The notes below the pieces were generated by a model. The model did not search any database, was not told the DNA's origin, and saw only the letters and a program-made list of their open reading frames with translations. From positions 2,669,913 to 2,733,912 of the forward strand of contig JAAOMT010000128.1 of NCBI GenBank assembly GCA_016748015.1: a DNA stretch of 64,000 nucleotides, read 5' to 3'. This document shows positions 24,023-36,984 of this stretch, in pieces. Each line of letters starts with the position of its first letter. Position 1 is the first letter of the stretch. The translations under genes were made by a program, and so were the position numbers. This DNA comes from Geosiphon pyriformis uo1. Taxonomy: Eukaryota > Fungi > Glomeromycota.

Positions 24023-27000
24023 TTATGTGTGTTTCATTCGCGACAAACAGTCAGCATTGGCATTTTTGGTACCTTCTTTGTATTTGATGATATAATTGTA
24101 TAGTGCTAATATTTGTGACCATCTGGCATATTTTCTTTTCAGCACTTTTTTGTTATTTAATCAGACCAGACCTCTATAATCTGTGGTAATATCAAAGGGT
24201 TTGTACTATAAATATGTGTCAAAGTAAACACAACTCCAGACTACTGCTAAGTATTTCAGTTTGTGTGTTGCATAGTTTTGCTCTGCCATACTGAGACTTC
24301 TACTAGTATAAGCAATTACACGTTCTCTTCCATTATTATCTTTTTGTGAAAGAATGGCTTCAAGTCTCGTTCCAAAGGCATCTGTGGCCAAAATGAATTT
24401 CTTGTTGAAATCCAAATAGATTATTATTGGTGATTCAATAAGCTTTTGCCTAAAGTACTCAAAAGCTTTTTGCTGTGTTTTGGTCCATTCGAATTTCACA
24501 TTTTTGGATAGTAGATAATTAAGAGGTTTGGTGATGTTTGAAAATTTTTCTACAAAGCAGCAGTAGTATGATGTGAGTCCTAAAAAGCTTCTAACTTCTA
24601 AAACGTTTTGAGATACTGGAAAATTTTTTACTTTGTCTATTTTTGATGGATCTGGTTTTATTCTATCTTTTCCAACTACGTGTCCTAAAAATGCTAGCTC
24701 ATTTTTTCCAAAGAAACATTTTTTTAGATTTAGTTTAAGTCTAGTGTGTTTCAATCTCTCAAAAACTTGTTGTAAATGTTGGAGATGATCTGTGAATTTT
24801 GACGAGAAAACATTTGTATTATCCAAGTAAACAACAACAAATTGCCATAGAATTCCAGAGTAAATTACGTCCATTAGTCTTTGGAATGTCACAGGAGTGT
24901 TTGTTAATTCAAATGGCATTATATTGAACTCATAATTGCCATTTTGTGTTGTAAATGCTGTTTTGTGTCTATCTTTTGGGTCCATTTCAACCTGCCAGTA
25001 TCTACTGGTCAAGTTAAGTGTAGAAAACCATTTTGCTCCTTCAAAAACGTCAAAGATTTCGTCAATTAATGGTATTGAGTATAAGTCTTTGGTTGTTTTG
25101 CTATTTAGTTTGCAATAGTTGATGCAAAATCAAATTTTTCCATTCTTTTTCCTTACTAAAACAACTGGTGAAGACCATGGGCTTATTGATGGTTGAATTA
25201 TTCCTTTTTCCAACATGCTTTGGACTTCTTCTCTGATAAAATTATGCTCCATTGGTAGAATACAGTAAGTGCATTGTTTTTCAGGTCTGGCATCCCCAGT
25301 GGAAATTTGGTGTTAAACCAAGTTGGTTTTTCCAAATTCGCCATTTCATGAAAATATATCAGAGTATTTTAAAATTAATGCTTTTAATTGTCACTGTTGG
25401 TCCAGATCCATTGTTCTAATGTTTAATTTGGCCAATTTTTCTGGCATAAATTGATAGCATTCCAATGGTTGTTGCCAATTTATTGAAGTGAGTTCACAGT
25501 AAAGGGCGATTTCTGGGAAATTTAGAATTTCTTGTGGTGTTGATGTGTTTTCTAGCTCCGTTCCAAGATATCCCATGATGGTGTTTTCTGGAATGTATAT
25601 GAACTCTTTTGTGGTATTTGTGATAAGAATTTTTATCTATTGTGTTTTGTCAGCTGGAATAAAAAGGTTAGTAAATCCTATGAGAAACTGTTGGCAAGTT
25701 TCTGGGTAGGGCTCGAATATTAGATTTATATCTTTTATTGTTCTTTTTATTTTAATTTCTGATTTTCCATAAGGCGTGAGTGTGATTGACCACTTAATTT
25801 TAATTAATTCACCTTTTTCTTCTATTGTTTCAGTGAAATTTGCTTCAATTCTTTTTTCTGTCGATCCGAAACCAAAAATTCTTTTCATTGTTTGTATCAA
25901 TTTCTCACAATTTTCCACTGGCACAAATTTCCCAATTTTTACTAATGGTAGAAAAATTGGTTGTGCAATTTTCTCCTTAGATTTGATGATATAAGATTTT
26001 TCTGAATTGTTCTGTAGCAAAACCATCAAATTTCCAGTGTATTCAAAGTCAATTACTCCTTCTTGAACACTTATTTCTTTTTTTGCGAGGCTTGATCGTA
26101 ATGCTATTTGAACCATTATTCCTAATGGAATTTCAACTGCTATTTTTAGGTCAATTTTGGTGATGCTTCTGAGTGGTAACATTGTAGATTGGTCTTCTGG
26201 ATAACATAGATCGAATCCGGCATCAGTTAGATAGGCTCTTTCGGGTATTATTCCTAAGTGTTTATTGTCATAGTATTGGATGTTGATCATCTGTTCTAGG
26301 TCAATATAAGCTACAAATTTTTCTGACTCAGGACTGTTAGGTGAGTTTTGTTGATTTATTAATTAATTTTGAGACTGCTGATTCTCAATTTCCATTTTTT
26401 TTTCTAAGTCCCTTTTGTCTTAACACTCTTCACAGCATTGATTTTGGCATGGAATAAGACAGTTTTCGCAGAGGTAAGTGTTGATTTAAGTGAGGTATTG
26501 TTCTTGCTCTTGTCGAGTGGAACATAGTTGTTGGTAGTAGTCCTGGAATTTGTCCACTGGGTCAAACATGTTGTAGCTGGCGACTTCATCGGCTACTTTG
26601 GCTGACTCTTTCCAACATCATATTTTTTTGGTGGTTCCTCTTCTTACTTTGGCCTGTGCAGTATTGTACAACTCATCCTCGTCATGTGGGTAATGCTGCA
26701 GTCTTCTTACTGCTCTATTGAACACTGCTTCAAATGACATTCTTCCTCTTACCCAGTCACAGATGAGGATTGTGTATTGGCAAGTTGCATCACATGTCCC
26801 TCCTTTGCCTGGCATGTTAATTCAGTCGCACTCTTTTGGCAATGGTTCTTTATCCCATTTTCCATGTCTTTCTGAATAACTGTATTTTTCTTTGTTACAA
26901 CAGTTACAATAGTAATGGGTGGGGTTTCTTGGGTCTTTGTCTGGTGTGCTGCATGCAGTTATGAACAAAAGTTTCTTATTGTAAACTGAGCATTCTAGCT

Positions 27001-29578
27001 TTGATTTGCATTGCTGGTGGTTTTTTCATGGACTTATCTGGTTCTATTTGGATCTTCTTTCACTCCTCCAAGTTGGTACAGCTGGTAGTCCTGTTCTTTG
27101 GTCATCAGCCCATGAGAGCTGATAAGTTTTGATGACTGGTAGGGCTGGATTTTTTTCAAATTCAAAAGTGGGTCTTTGGTTGGTGCTGGGTTTTTGGAAA
27201 TGGCCACATGTGACTGGAATTCTGGCATGGTGGCTATTATAGCTGATAAAAAGCTTTTGGGTAGTCCAGTCTAATGTGGTGTTGGCTTTTGTTAACCAGT
27301 CATTCTCTACTAATGTTTGATATTGTGTAGCGTCCATTACTAATACTTTTGTAGGTATTATTATGCCATTAATTTCAAAAGGGAATGTGTCAATTTTGCC
27401 ATAAAGCAGCTTGGTACTTCTATCAGCTGTTATAATTTGGAATGTTGTGGCACGATCAACTTTGAAACCCAGTTGGTTTACTAGTTGAAGTGTCACAATG
27501 CTTCCGGCAGATCCACTGTCTAAGATAAGTTTAATTAGTGTGTTGTTTACTTTTGCTTCCATGTACATAGCAGTAATTGAGCATTCTTTGTCTAATGCTG
27601 CTTCACTAATAAGTTTTCTGATATATTAAGATAAGTTGGCTGGAAATTTGAGTAGTTTGTGTTTGTTTGCTGATTAGGTTTTACATGATTAGAATTTCTA
27701 GTAATAATCACGTTTTGACCTAATATTGGCTGGCTTCAAAACTCTGGATGCCAGTTTAGATTTGGAATCACTGGTTATTGCTGGTAAGTTCCTTGATTTT
27801 GGTACATAGTAAGGTATTAACATGATATTGGCATATATTGATTTCTGAGCATTTGGGGGGGGTACATAATAATTATTTTTGCATGTCTTTTGTATCATTC
27901 ACATTTGACATTGGCCAATCAAATGTTCTATGCATTTACAAAAATGGCAGGTGCGTGTTTCTGTTTTGAAGTCCTGATGCGACAAACAATTATTTTGGCT
28001 ACTACTGAATTCTTGGTTGTGTCTTTGAAGTGTTTGGTATGTGTTATTTCTTTCTGGGTCTGAGATGAGATAACTTTCCATTTTCTTAAAGAGTTTCTCC
28101 CCTAATTGTGCTACTTTTTTCTTTAAAGTTTCTGTCTTGTTATTTTTAATCACTATGTTAACTATTTGACTATGGTTAGCTTCTTTCTCAGCCGATTCAA
28201 GGGCTTTGGTAAGTGTAATAGCTTCTGATAAGGAATTAGGGTGGGCAGAATGTACTCTTCCTAAAATGCTGCTTTTTAATCCTCTAATAAATTGATTTAA
28301 AACCTGAGGATTGGTATAGTATCCTTGTTCAATCATTTCAATCTGACAGTGAATTTGATTGAATCGAGCAAGGTATTGGGTAACAGTTTCACCTGTACTT
28401 TGCTTGATAGTATTGAATTCGTTCTGCAGTTGGATTATGATGTTTGGGTCATTAAAATACTCCAAGAGTGCATTTTTGAATTCAGTAAAGCTCATGGGTT
28501 TTGTTTTCAAGCTTTGATATCATGAGTCAGCAGTGCCTTTCAGGAAGAAAGATAATATTTGGATTGCTCTTTGATCATTCCAGTTATTTGCCTGAATGAC
28601 TTTTTGTGCTTCTCTGAGCCACGTGTACATGTTTGTTTCTTCTTTCTCTCCTGAGAAATCCATTAATCGTGCAATGTATGGTGTGGTCATTTCATCATTG
28701 TTTTCTGTTGGTGGGTTTATTGGTCTAAGAAAAAGTGGGATGATATTTCCTTGAACGCCCCTAAAGGTGGCTTCTCTTATATCTGGTTCTTCCTCTTGAT
28801 CATGAGTTTCTTGGTTTCTGAACTGGCTGCTTGTTCTTGTGACTGGTCTTGTGCTTGTTTTTTCACTGGTTTCTTCGGATTCTGATTCAGACTCCTCTTC
28901 ACAGTTTTCAAACCCTGCTCTGAATTTTGGTTGAAAAAGGGGTTTTTGAAATAGTGATGAATATCTTTCTATTATTGGTATATTTCTCCAATCACATTAT
29001 TTAAGTTTATCAGTATAATTAGAAGTTCTTGGTGTTTGTAGGATTGATATGAATAATGATGCAGCTCCTAATGAGAGTTGGATTTTATTATCTGAGAAAA
29101 AATGATAAGATTTTTCTTCTGACGAATGAAGGCATTGTTTTTTTACTGATTGTATGACATTTTTCTTGGGTGTTTGGGCAGGTATTCCTAATTTTTGCTG
29201 ATTTTCTTCATGATTAATTTCTAGATTGTGGACACATTCTCTGGTGTTCTTTGTGGATATTGGGTAATTTTTGTTGGCATATTGCTCAATTTTATGATGA
29301 ATTTGAACAATAGTCATGGCTAATGCTGTTGTTTCTTTTGTAGTAAATTGAGATAATTCCTTATATAATTGATGTTTTGCGTCATTTGGTTTTTCTTCTC
29401 TTCCTATGTAATAATTTATTCTGGTGTTAATGTAATAGGTGAAGACGTTTTCAGCTAGACAACACTCTTCTGGTAATCTAAAATCACTTTGATGTTGTAA
29501 ATAAAGGGCATGGCAGAATTCAACAACAGTGAGGTTAGAAGTTTTTGTTGCCACTTTGGGTTTTCTTTTTTTTAGCAA
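24023..29578 (-). pseudogene. Element B gag-protease-Cys-rich-dUTPase-RT-RNase H polyprotein, disrupted
   Basis: Gag 27899-29578 with CHFCKCIEHLIGQC knuckle; protease LILDSGSAGS (27044-27568); dUTPase 25637-26290; RT/RH 24206-25012 (VYLDN, LATDA, IAYTSRSL). Confidence 0.92.
25850..26290 (-). pseudogene. dUTPase domain in element B
   Basis: Motifs DAGFDL, RSSLA, GVIDFEYTGNL, IAQPIF and FGFGST. Confidence 0.9.
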
Positions 29579-29617
29579 TAAATTATTGTTAATTATTAGT
29601 TTTTTTTAATTTTCTTT

Positions 29618-29634
29618 CCTCATAGGGTTCACCA
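29618..29634 (-). promoter_or_regulatory. Primer-binding site of B
   Basis: TGGTGAACCCTATGAGG, 2 nt after the 5' LTR end. Confidence 0.8.
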
Positions 29635-29636
29635 AA

Positions 29637-30476
29637 TGTTATGGGATGGTTTTCTTGGTATATTTTAATTGTTGATCTCCTGTTTTTAATTGTAATTAGT
29701 CTTTCGTGAGTTTCTCTATTTTATGTGTTGGATATTAATGATAATGTACTGAAGGTTTTCTCTTAATGTTATGATGTAAGTCTTCTCTTTAATTCTAGTT
29801 GTCTTTATATGTTGTGTATTCCTTCCCAGAGACTAATCTGAAATCTATCCACTGTCTAAGGTCTTCTCTGAGGCTATCCTTGCAATTGCTTAATGTGTTT
29901 CTCTAATCTAGAAACACAGAATGTTAATGGTCTTTTTGCAATTTCTCTAAGTATATAATAAAGCTTTTTCAATTTAATTACTAATCACGTAAATAATCTT
30001 GATCAGGGATTATTCTTCCAAAGAGTTCAAAGATGAAATGATAGTTTCATTTGTTAGAGAGAGTATGTGAATTTTATTGTTAATCTTGTAATTGTGATGT
30101 TCATTTAATTTATTATTTTTATTAATTCTTTTTGAATAAGATTTTATTTAGATATTTGTTGCTTCAAGTTGAAGCTTGTTCAATTTTTCATTATTAAAAC
30201 TATTATATATATATATAATTATTGTTTTACAAAATAATGTCTTGTAATACTCTATTTTCATTATTTCTAAATAGTGCTTGCTGCTATTGTAAAATAGTGC
30301 TTGCTGCTTTTGTACAATAGTGCTTACTGCTATTGTAAAATAGTGCTTGCTGTTATTGCACAATAGTGCTTGCTGTTATTTGTAAATCATTTCTTTTTAT
30401 AAATTATTGCTGTGCTATTTCATGATTGGCTAATTTATATTATTTATAATTCCTATTAAATTCTTGAACTGTAACA
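29637..30476 (-). repeat. 5' LTR of B
   Basis: Direct repeat of 21003-21842. Confidence 0.95.
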
Positions 30477-30774
30477 ACAGACAGCCTGGTAAAAGACCCA
30501 GAAATAAGGGTAGAATTATATATATTAACGAATAGCTTACCAGAAAGGCATGACTGCTAAAATAAACCAGCCACCAAGCTGAAAACAGAAATTGGGAAAA
30601 CAACTCAACAACCAACTATATCACTGTTGAATCTCTGTCCATTATACAAAGAACTCCACAACAAAACCTTCAGATAAAACAATACCTTCAGATATCCCCA
30701 AACATTTATATCAATTAAACACCAAGTTACAAGTTTGTTATTTGTTTTGAAACTCCAAATAATTACCTGTAACA
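30477..30774 (+). repeat. 5' LTR of C, second part (U5 end)
   Basis: Aligns with ~40640-40936 and ends in gtaaca. Confidence 0.9.
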
Positions 30775-30776
30775 TT

Positions 30777-30792
30777 TGGTGCTCCCTGTGAG
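30777..30792 (+). promoter_or_regulatory. Primer-binding site of C
   Basis: TGGTGCTCCCTGTGAG. Confidence 0.88.
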
Positions 30793-30879
30793 ATATAATC
30801 CTACAGAGAACCAGCACCAATAATACCCATCCAAACAGTAACAGAATCTGAAGAAACAAGGACAAACCATTTAGAATTT

Positions 30880-33800
30880 GTGAAATATTTATTCCAACAC
30901 TACTGTCAGCATTTAAGATTAACCAACAATCACTTATCAGCAGAATTAGCTTTCAATTTCTACGTCAATAAAAGAATCTCATATTTGTTAGGAGTACCCA
31001 TAGAAACCGACTCAGCTAGAGGAAACTTTTACAATGAATTAATCCAGAATACCAGCCTACCAGCAAATTATAATTTCATAGTAATCCTCATTAAAATTAA
31101 TAAAAAAATTAAAATTTACACTCAACAAAGATATCCAATTACCTACGCAAACAAAGACAAAAGAAAACTACAAATACCAGCAGTAACATCTCAAAGGATA
31201 CAACTATCCACTTGGAAGAAAACAAGAGTTAAATCACCAACTAATTCCTTATACCATTATACACCTAAAAGTGTCATCAATATTACATCAGCAGGTGTGA
31301 CCACATCAAATGTGACGTCAACCTTTGGATAATTTACATTTCAGAGTAAACAAAGGAAAAAAGATCTCCTAGAACCATATGGTACATATTTCAAAGAATT
31401 TAAGTCATGATCACCAATGCCATTAGGATTTTGATCTCCACTATCTCAACCAAATTTCAGAACCACGAGTTTCTGGAAAGTAACGGAATTGGAAGGAGAA
31501 CAAGAAGAAGAGAAAGAAGAATCTAAAGATCAAGAATTTACTTACCAAAACCCAATCACTGAAAACTCAGAAATTGAAACTCTGAATTTTCAAAATTTGG
31601 CAAATTCGAACAATACAAACTCCAAAACAATTAGGCAGCAAAACTTATCTTCAGTAATTGTCATCAATCAGCCACTTCAACAACTTCTCTAATAACTACA
31701 TCAACCATCTCAACAACCACAGCAGCCATTCCAACAGCCACAACAAATGGCATACACACCAATTGCCAAAATTGAGAAATTCACTAGTGAAAAGAACGAT
31801 GCCCAAGTATGGCTGAACAATATAGAAAAAGCCATTGTGGCTAATGAATGGAATGACACCAGAGCCAGAACATGGCCAACTTATGGTACCAAAGTCTGGT
31901 CAACAAACTTCAAAATTTTAATACATTTAAAACTGAGTTCTTGAAATATTTTAATAATAATAACAGCATTAACAGACTGGCAAACACTTTCACCACCATT
32001 AAACAAAAAGAAACAGAAGCAGTTACCACTTATTTAGGACACTTCCACAGGAATCTGTGCCAGATCCAAGCCATTAATACCAATTATTTCACAGTGGCCC
32101 AGATCCTAAATCAGTTTATTTGCAGATTACACAGTAGTATTTTGTAATGCATATGTCCAATGCATTTTGTCAATCTATAAGCAGCCATCACCAATGTTAG
32201 AGATTTTGAAGCAATTAAACTTGAAGCTAACTACACCCAAGCCGTTAATCTAGTAATGAATAGATTATCTGAATTGAATTCCAAATTGAAACAATTCAGT
32301 GATTCAATTAATCAGAAGCTTGAAGAGTACTTAACTGACAATCATGCAATTTATCAACCACTACAATGACGCAATAATTCTGAAAACACGAATCATTTTC
32401 AGAATCAGTCATGTCTATCATTGTCGACCAATCAACAGTGGCAACAGGAAATGTGTGTTTGCCATTATTGTGGTAAACAAGGACACCTACAAATTGATTG
32501 CCACCATTGCTTAAATAACCAATGATCAGGAAATCAATATCGAAACCCTGATCACCAGTTTCAAATTCTGAATAACTCTTCAAACTCAGAGCCATATCAT
32601 CAGAATTACTTACCTATAATGCAGTAGCCACTTTATTAACCACCAGTATATCAAATGCCAATTTATCAACCAATGACACCAGCAATTTATCAGCCACAGT
32701 CACAACCCATTTATCAACCACAGTCTCAGATAATCTATCAGTCCCAACAAATTCAAACACTGCCACAGAACTTATCTCAAAATGGAACCCAAAGGCCAAG
32801 ATTAATCCAACAAAGCTGGAGATCATTGATAGTAGTCTACCAACTGATCTCCAGTTCTTTCACACAATCAGCAAGATCTCAACAATGGAATTTGGGCACT
32901 GGGTATGCCCAAAACCCGAATTTCCAGAACTATTTAAGTCTTCTGGTTACCTTAGAAGACATGCCATCCAATAATCTGGAAACCAACCAAAAACAATCAC
33001 TCACCAGTAACATTTCACCAGCTACCATCACTGAAAACAAATCCTTAGATGCTATCTTCCCATTTCAACTTGAAAAACCGTTAACCACACCATTATTCAG
33101 TGGAGCCACTCTTGACACCAAACTGATCACTACCATGTATACTGATGCGAAAATTGATGGCCATGCCATCAAACTAATCCTAAATAGTGGATCAGCTGGC
33201 AGCATCATTACAAGACAACTCATGGACCAATTAGGTCACCAAGTTGATTGCGCTGCCAGTATTAGGATCATAACCGCCAATAGAACAACCAAGACTCCTA
33301 TTGGTAAGATTGATGACTTCTCTTTTGAAGTCAATGGTATCATTATTCTTATCAAAGTCCTAGTAATAAAAGCAACTTAATACCAAGCATTAGTTGGTAA
33401 TGACTGGTTAGTCAAGACAAACACTGTGTTCGACTGGAATATGCAAGAACTACAGCTCAGCCAGAATGGCTGACATACATATGTACCAGCCATGTGTGGC
33501 CATTTCAAGACCACCAACTCAACAACTCCACTTATTGAATTTGAGGAAGAAAAAACAAAACCTACCTGAGAAGTCTACCAAGTTTCCTGGGCCGATTTCA
33601 AACACAACAAACTGCCACCAGTACTTTTGTGGAATAACAACAGTAAAAAAAAACAGAGAGAAAAACTTACCTGGAAAGCCGACCAAGCCTGGAAAATTAA
33701 CAACAACCGGGAAGAATTAATAAACTGGGAATGGGAGGAAAACAAAAAGGAAAAAAAAAAGGGAAGAAAGAAGAACCAACACCCGATAGCAACCTCACTT

Positions 33801-36800
33801 ATAATTTCTACCCTACATCCCAATGATCTACTTATCACTGCCTAAAACTGGTATGCATTAATTGTGGCAAGAAATTGTCATTAATAGGCACTTGTTGTGG
33901 CGATAATGAAGAATACACTTTGGCAACAAAATTTTACTGTTACCCATGCATCATTGAATGCTTTGGAAGGCCAAAATGGATTGGAAAATGGGACAATGAA
34001 TCATGCTTAGCTTATGAAGAAACTCTTCTGGACGAAAGAATGTGGAATGACATTTCTGGGCGAGGAGAAATGTGCGACAAGTTGTGTTAATACACAATTC
34101 TTATAAGCAATTGAGTAAGAAAAAGAACACCTATAGACACTGCCTAGAAACAAGCTGTTAAACATCTGGATAGATGTCCACATGATGACAACAAAATCTG
34201 GTAAATGGCACTCGCCAAAATCGAAAGAGCGTCACTAGAAGAAATAAAAACAATTAAAGATAACTCACCTGAATCTATAGAACTGGACTGGGACCCAGAA
34301 CCAGTCATAAATCTCTTAAATCCAGAAAAATTCTACAAACATTATCAAAAATTAGCACTCACTAGAGAGGAACAGAAGCAATGGTTGGAAAAAATCAACA
34401 CTCGACTATGTGATTATTGTTTAATTTTCTGTGACTTTCAATATTGTAATGAGTGTAATCTCATTTACAATTCACCACCATGCATGATCTATACGATCCT
34501 AGAGGAAGATGAACCAATGAGCAGCTGTGTGTCAGAATTGGAATCAATTTTCAATCCCGATTCAAACTCTGACAATGATAACAAAAATAACAGTTCTAGC
34601 TCCATTCAGAACAACAACAATTTTAACCCAGATTCAAACTCCGATTCAAACTCTAAACAATATATTGCACTGCCCAACCTCACCAAGGAACAAGAACTGA
34701 AATGGTTCAGTGATAATAATAAAGGTATCATGCCTGAATGTGCACATAATACTGATGCAGAATTTGATTTGAAATATTTAGGGAAAAATCTCATCAAATT
34801 GGAACCACATTCACGCACTTGCATTGATCTGAAAATAGTACTGGAAATTTCAGCAACAACTATGGTTCAATTAACATCCAGAAGTAGTTTAGCAAAAAAG
34901 GGAATCAACATCAGAGGAGGAATAATTGATGCAAAATATGTAAGAAATATTTTTGCTATGCTATAAAATGACTCAGAAAAAACATATACTATAGATCTAA
35001 ATAAAAAAATAGCACAGGCAATATTCCTACCTCTGGTGAAAGTAGCTCAGCTAGTGTTAGTAGGAAACAGGAAAAAATTAAGGATCACAGTTAAAGGGAT
35101 ACAGAGATTTGAATCAACAAGTAGAATAGATATATCAGTTAATATGGTGAAGGAAAAGGTTATTGACAAAGAAGAAATTATCTCAACCTGTTAAACAATT
35201 TCTATTCCACTATATGACCAGTATATGTTAGCCATAAAAAGAGAAGTAAAGAATCAAGCTCAGTTGTTTAAAGCAGAAGCCACTATTTGCGAATCAGGAG
35301 AGATTGGACTCATTAATATCTATATATCAGCCAAGAGCCTCAAAAATATAAAAATTCCCATTTACAATACAACGGGAAATGTCATCAAAATACCAAAGAG
35401 AACCATCATTAGATATTTGACTGCTAAAGTTGAGGAGCAACCACTGAACCACATTTCAAACTTTTCACAGCTTTGTAGATATGTGGATATTACATCACAG
35501 ACTATATACAAATGAAGTAAATGTTATCTGCTCTAACCAGAACAATTGGAACAAATAAATATGGGAAATCTAGACCCACTCTAACAAATGCAACTAAAGA
35601 TATTACTCAGCAATTTCAATAACATCTTTGCAAGCAAAAATGAATTTGGCTGCACCAACATCATCCAGCATTAGATCAAAACTGGAGATGCAATGCCAAT
35701 TAAACAAAAAGTGTACAGAGTACCACTAGCCAGCTATGAGATCATTTGTTAGGAAATCAATTAGATGCTTGACAATAGGCTAATTCAGCCATCAATGAGT
35801 CCATGATTGTTACTAGTGATACTAGTCTGAAAGAAAATGGAAAAGTCCAGTTCTGTGTGGATTATCGAAAACTAAATGGAGTAACCAAAAGTAATAGCTA
35901 TCCAACTCCAAAGATTCAAGAACTATTTGATGCTTTTGGAGGAAATAAATGGTTCTCAACATTAGATCTAAACAGTGGTTACTAGCAAGTAGCCATAGAT
36001 CCAGCTGACAAAAAAAAGACAGCATTTACAACAAAAAAAGAGAACTTTGAATTTAAAGTTATGCCATTTGGCTTGATGAATGCTCTAGCAACATTCCAAT
36101 GACTCATGAAAATTGTCTATACTGAATTACTATGAAAATCAGTAGTTGTATACTTAGATAACACCAATGTGTTCTCAAAAACATTCAATGATCATTTACA
36201 TCATTTCCAACAAGTGTTTGAAAGATTAAGAAGAGCCGGATTGAAACTAAATGCAACCAAATGTTTCTTTAGAAAGACTGAGCTCAAGTTTTTGGGACAT
36301 GTGGTGAGCAAAGATAGAATTAAAACAGATCCAAACAAAATTGTGATTGTAAAAAACTTTCCAGTACCAAATAATATCACAAAATTAAGAGTATTCTTGG
36401 AATTTGCTAGATACTACTGCTGCTTTATCAAAGACTTTTCTAAAATAGCTCAACCACTACATCAGCTCCAAGCAAAAAACACCAAATATGAATGAACAGA
36501 AATACAGCAAGAAGCTTTTGATACACTAAGAAGAAAGTGTATTTAAGCTCCAGTACTGATCTATCCAGATCATAGCAAATCATTTATCATTACTACTGAT
36601 GCATCAGATCAAGCATTGGAAGCAGTACTATTACAGAAAAGACCAGATGGAAGAGAATATCCAGTAGTTTATGCCAGTAGAAGCTTAAGTCCAGCTGAAA
36701 AGAACTATGGAACACCAGTATTGGAACACTTAGCAATCTATTGGGCTGTCATCAAGTGGAGAAAATACTTAAGCCAAAAGTTTGATATATACACTGATCA

Positions 36801-36954
36801 CAAAGGATTGACTTCAATTCAGAAACAAAAATTTGGAAACAATCGCCATGTCAGATGGAAAATAGAACTCTCACCATTCAATTATACAGTACATTATAAA
36901 AAGGGAAAAGACAATGGAAATGCCAATGGTTTGTCACAAATAAGACAAATCTAA
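30880..36954 (+). pseudogene. Element C gag-protease-Cys-rich-dUTPase-RT-RNase H polyprotein, disrupted
   Basis: Gag capsid region 31747-32147; CHYCGKQGHLQIDC knuckle (~32460); protease LILNSGSAGS; dUTPase ~34730-35125; RT FCVDYRKLN and YLDN; RNase H YASRSL...TDHKGL...NANGLS. Confidence 0.92.
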
Positions 36955-36984
36955 AAACATTTCAACCCAAAAATATAACAAAAG

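Larger units (their letters stand above)
21003..30476 (-). mobile_element. Ty3/Gypsy LTR retrotransposon B, complete, nested in the 5' LTR of C
   Basis: 840-bp LTRs at 21003-21842 and 29637-30476. TSD atag/acag; the uninterrupted site in the 3' LTR of C reads atgg. PBS and PPT present. Confidence 0.95.

Noticed and set aside
30777-30880. Non-AUG or LTR-initiated gag translation, since no ATG is visible after the PBS
   Set aside because: G>A decay readily turns ATG into ATA in these copies, so the absence is uninformative without a consensus.
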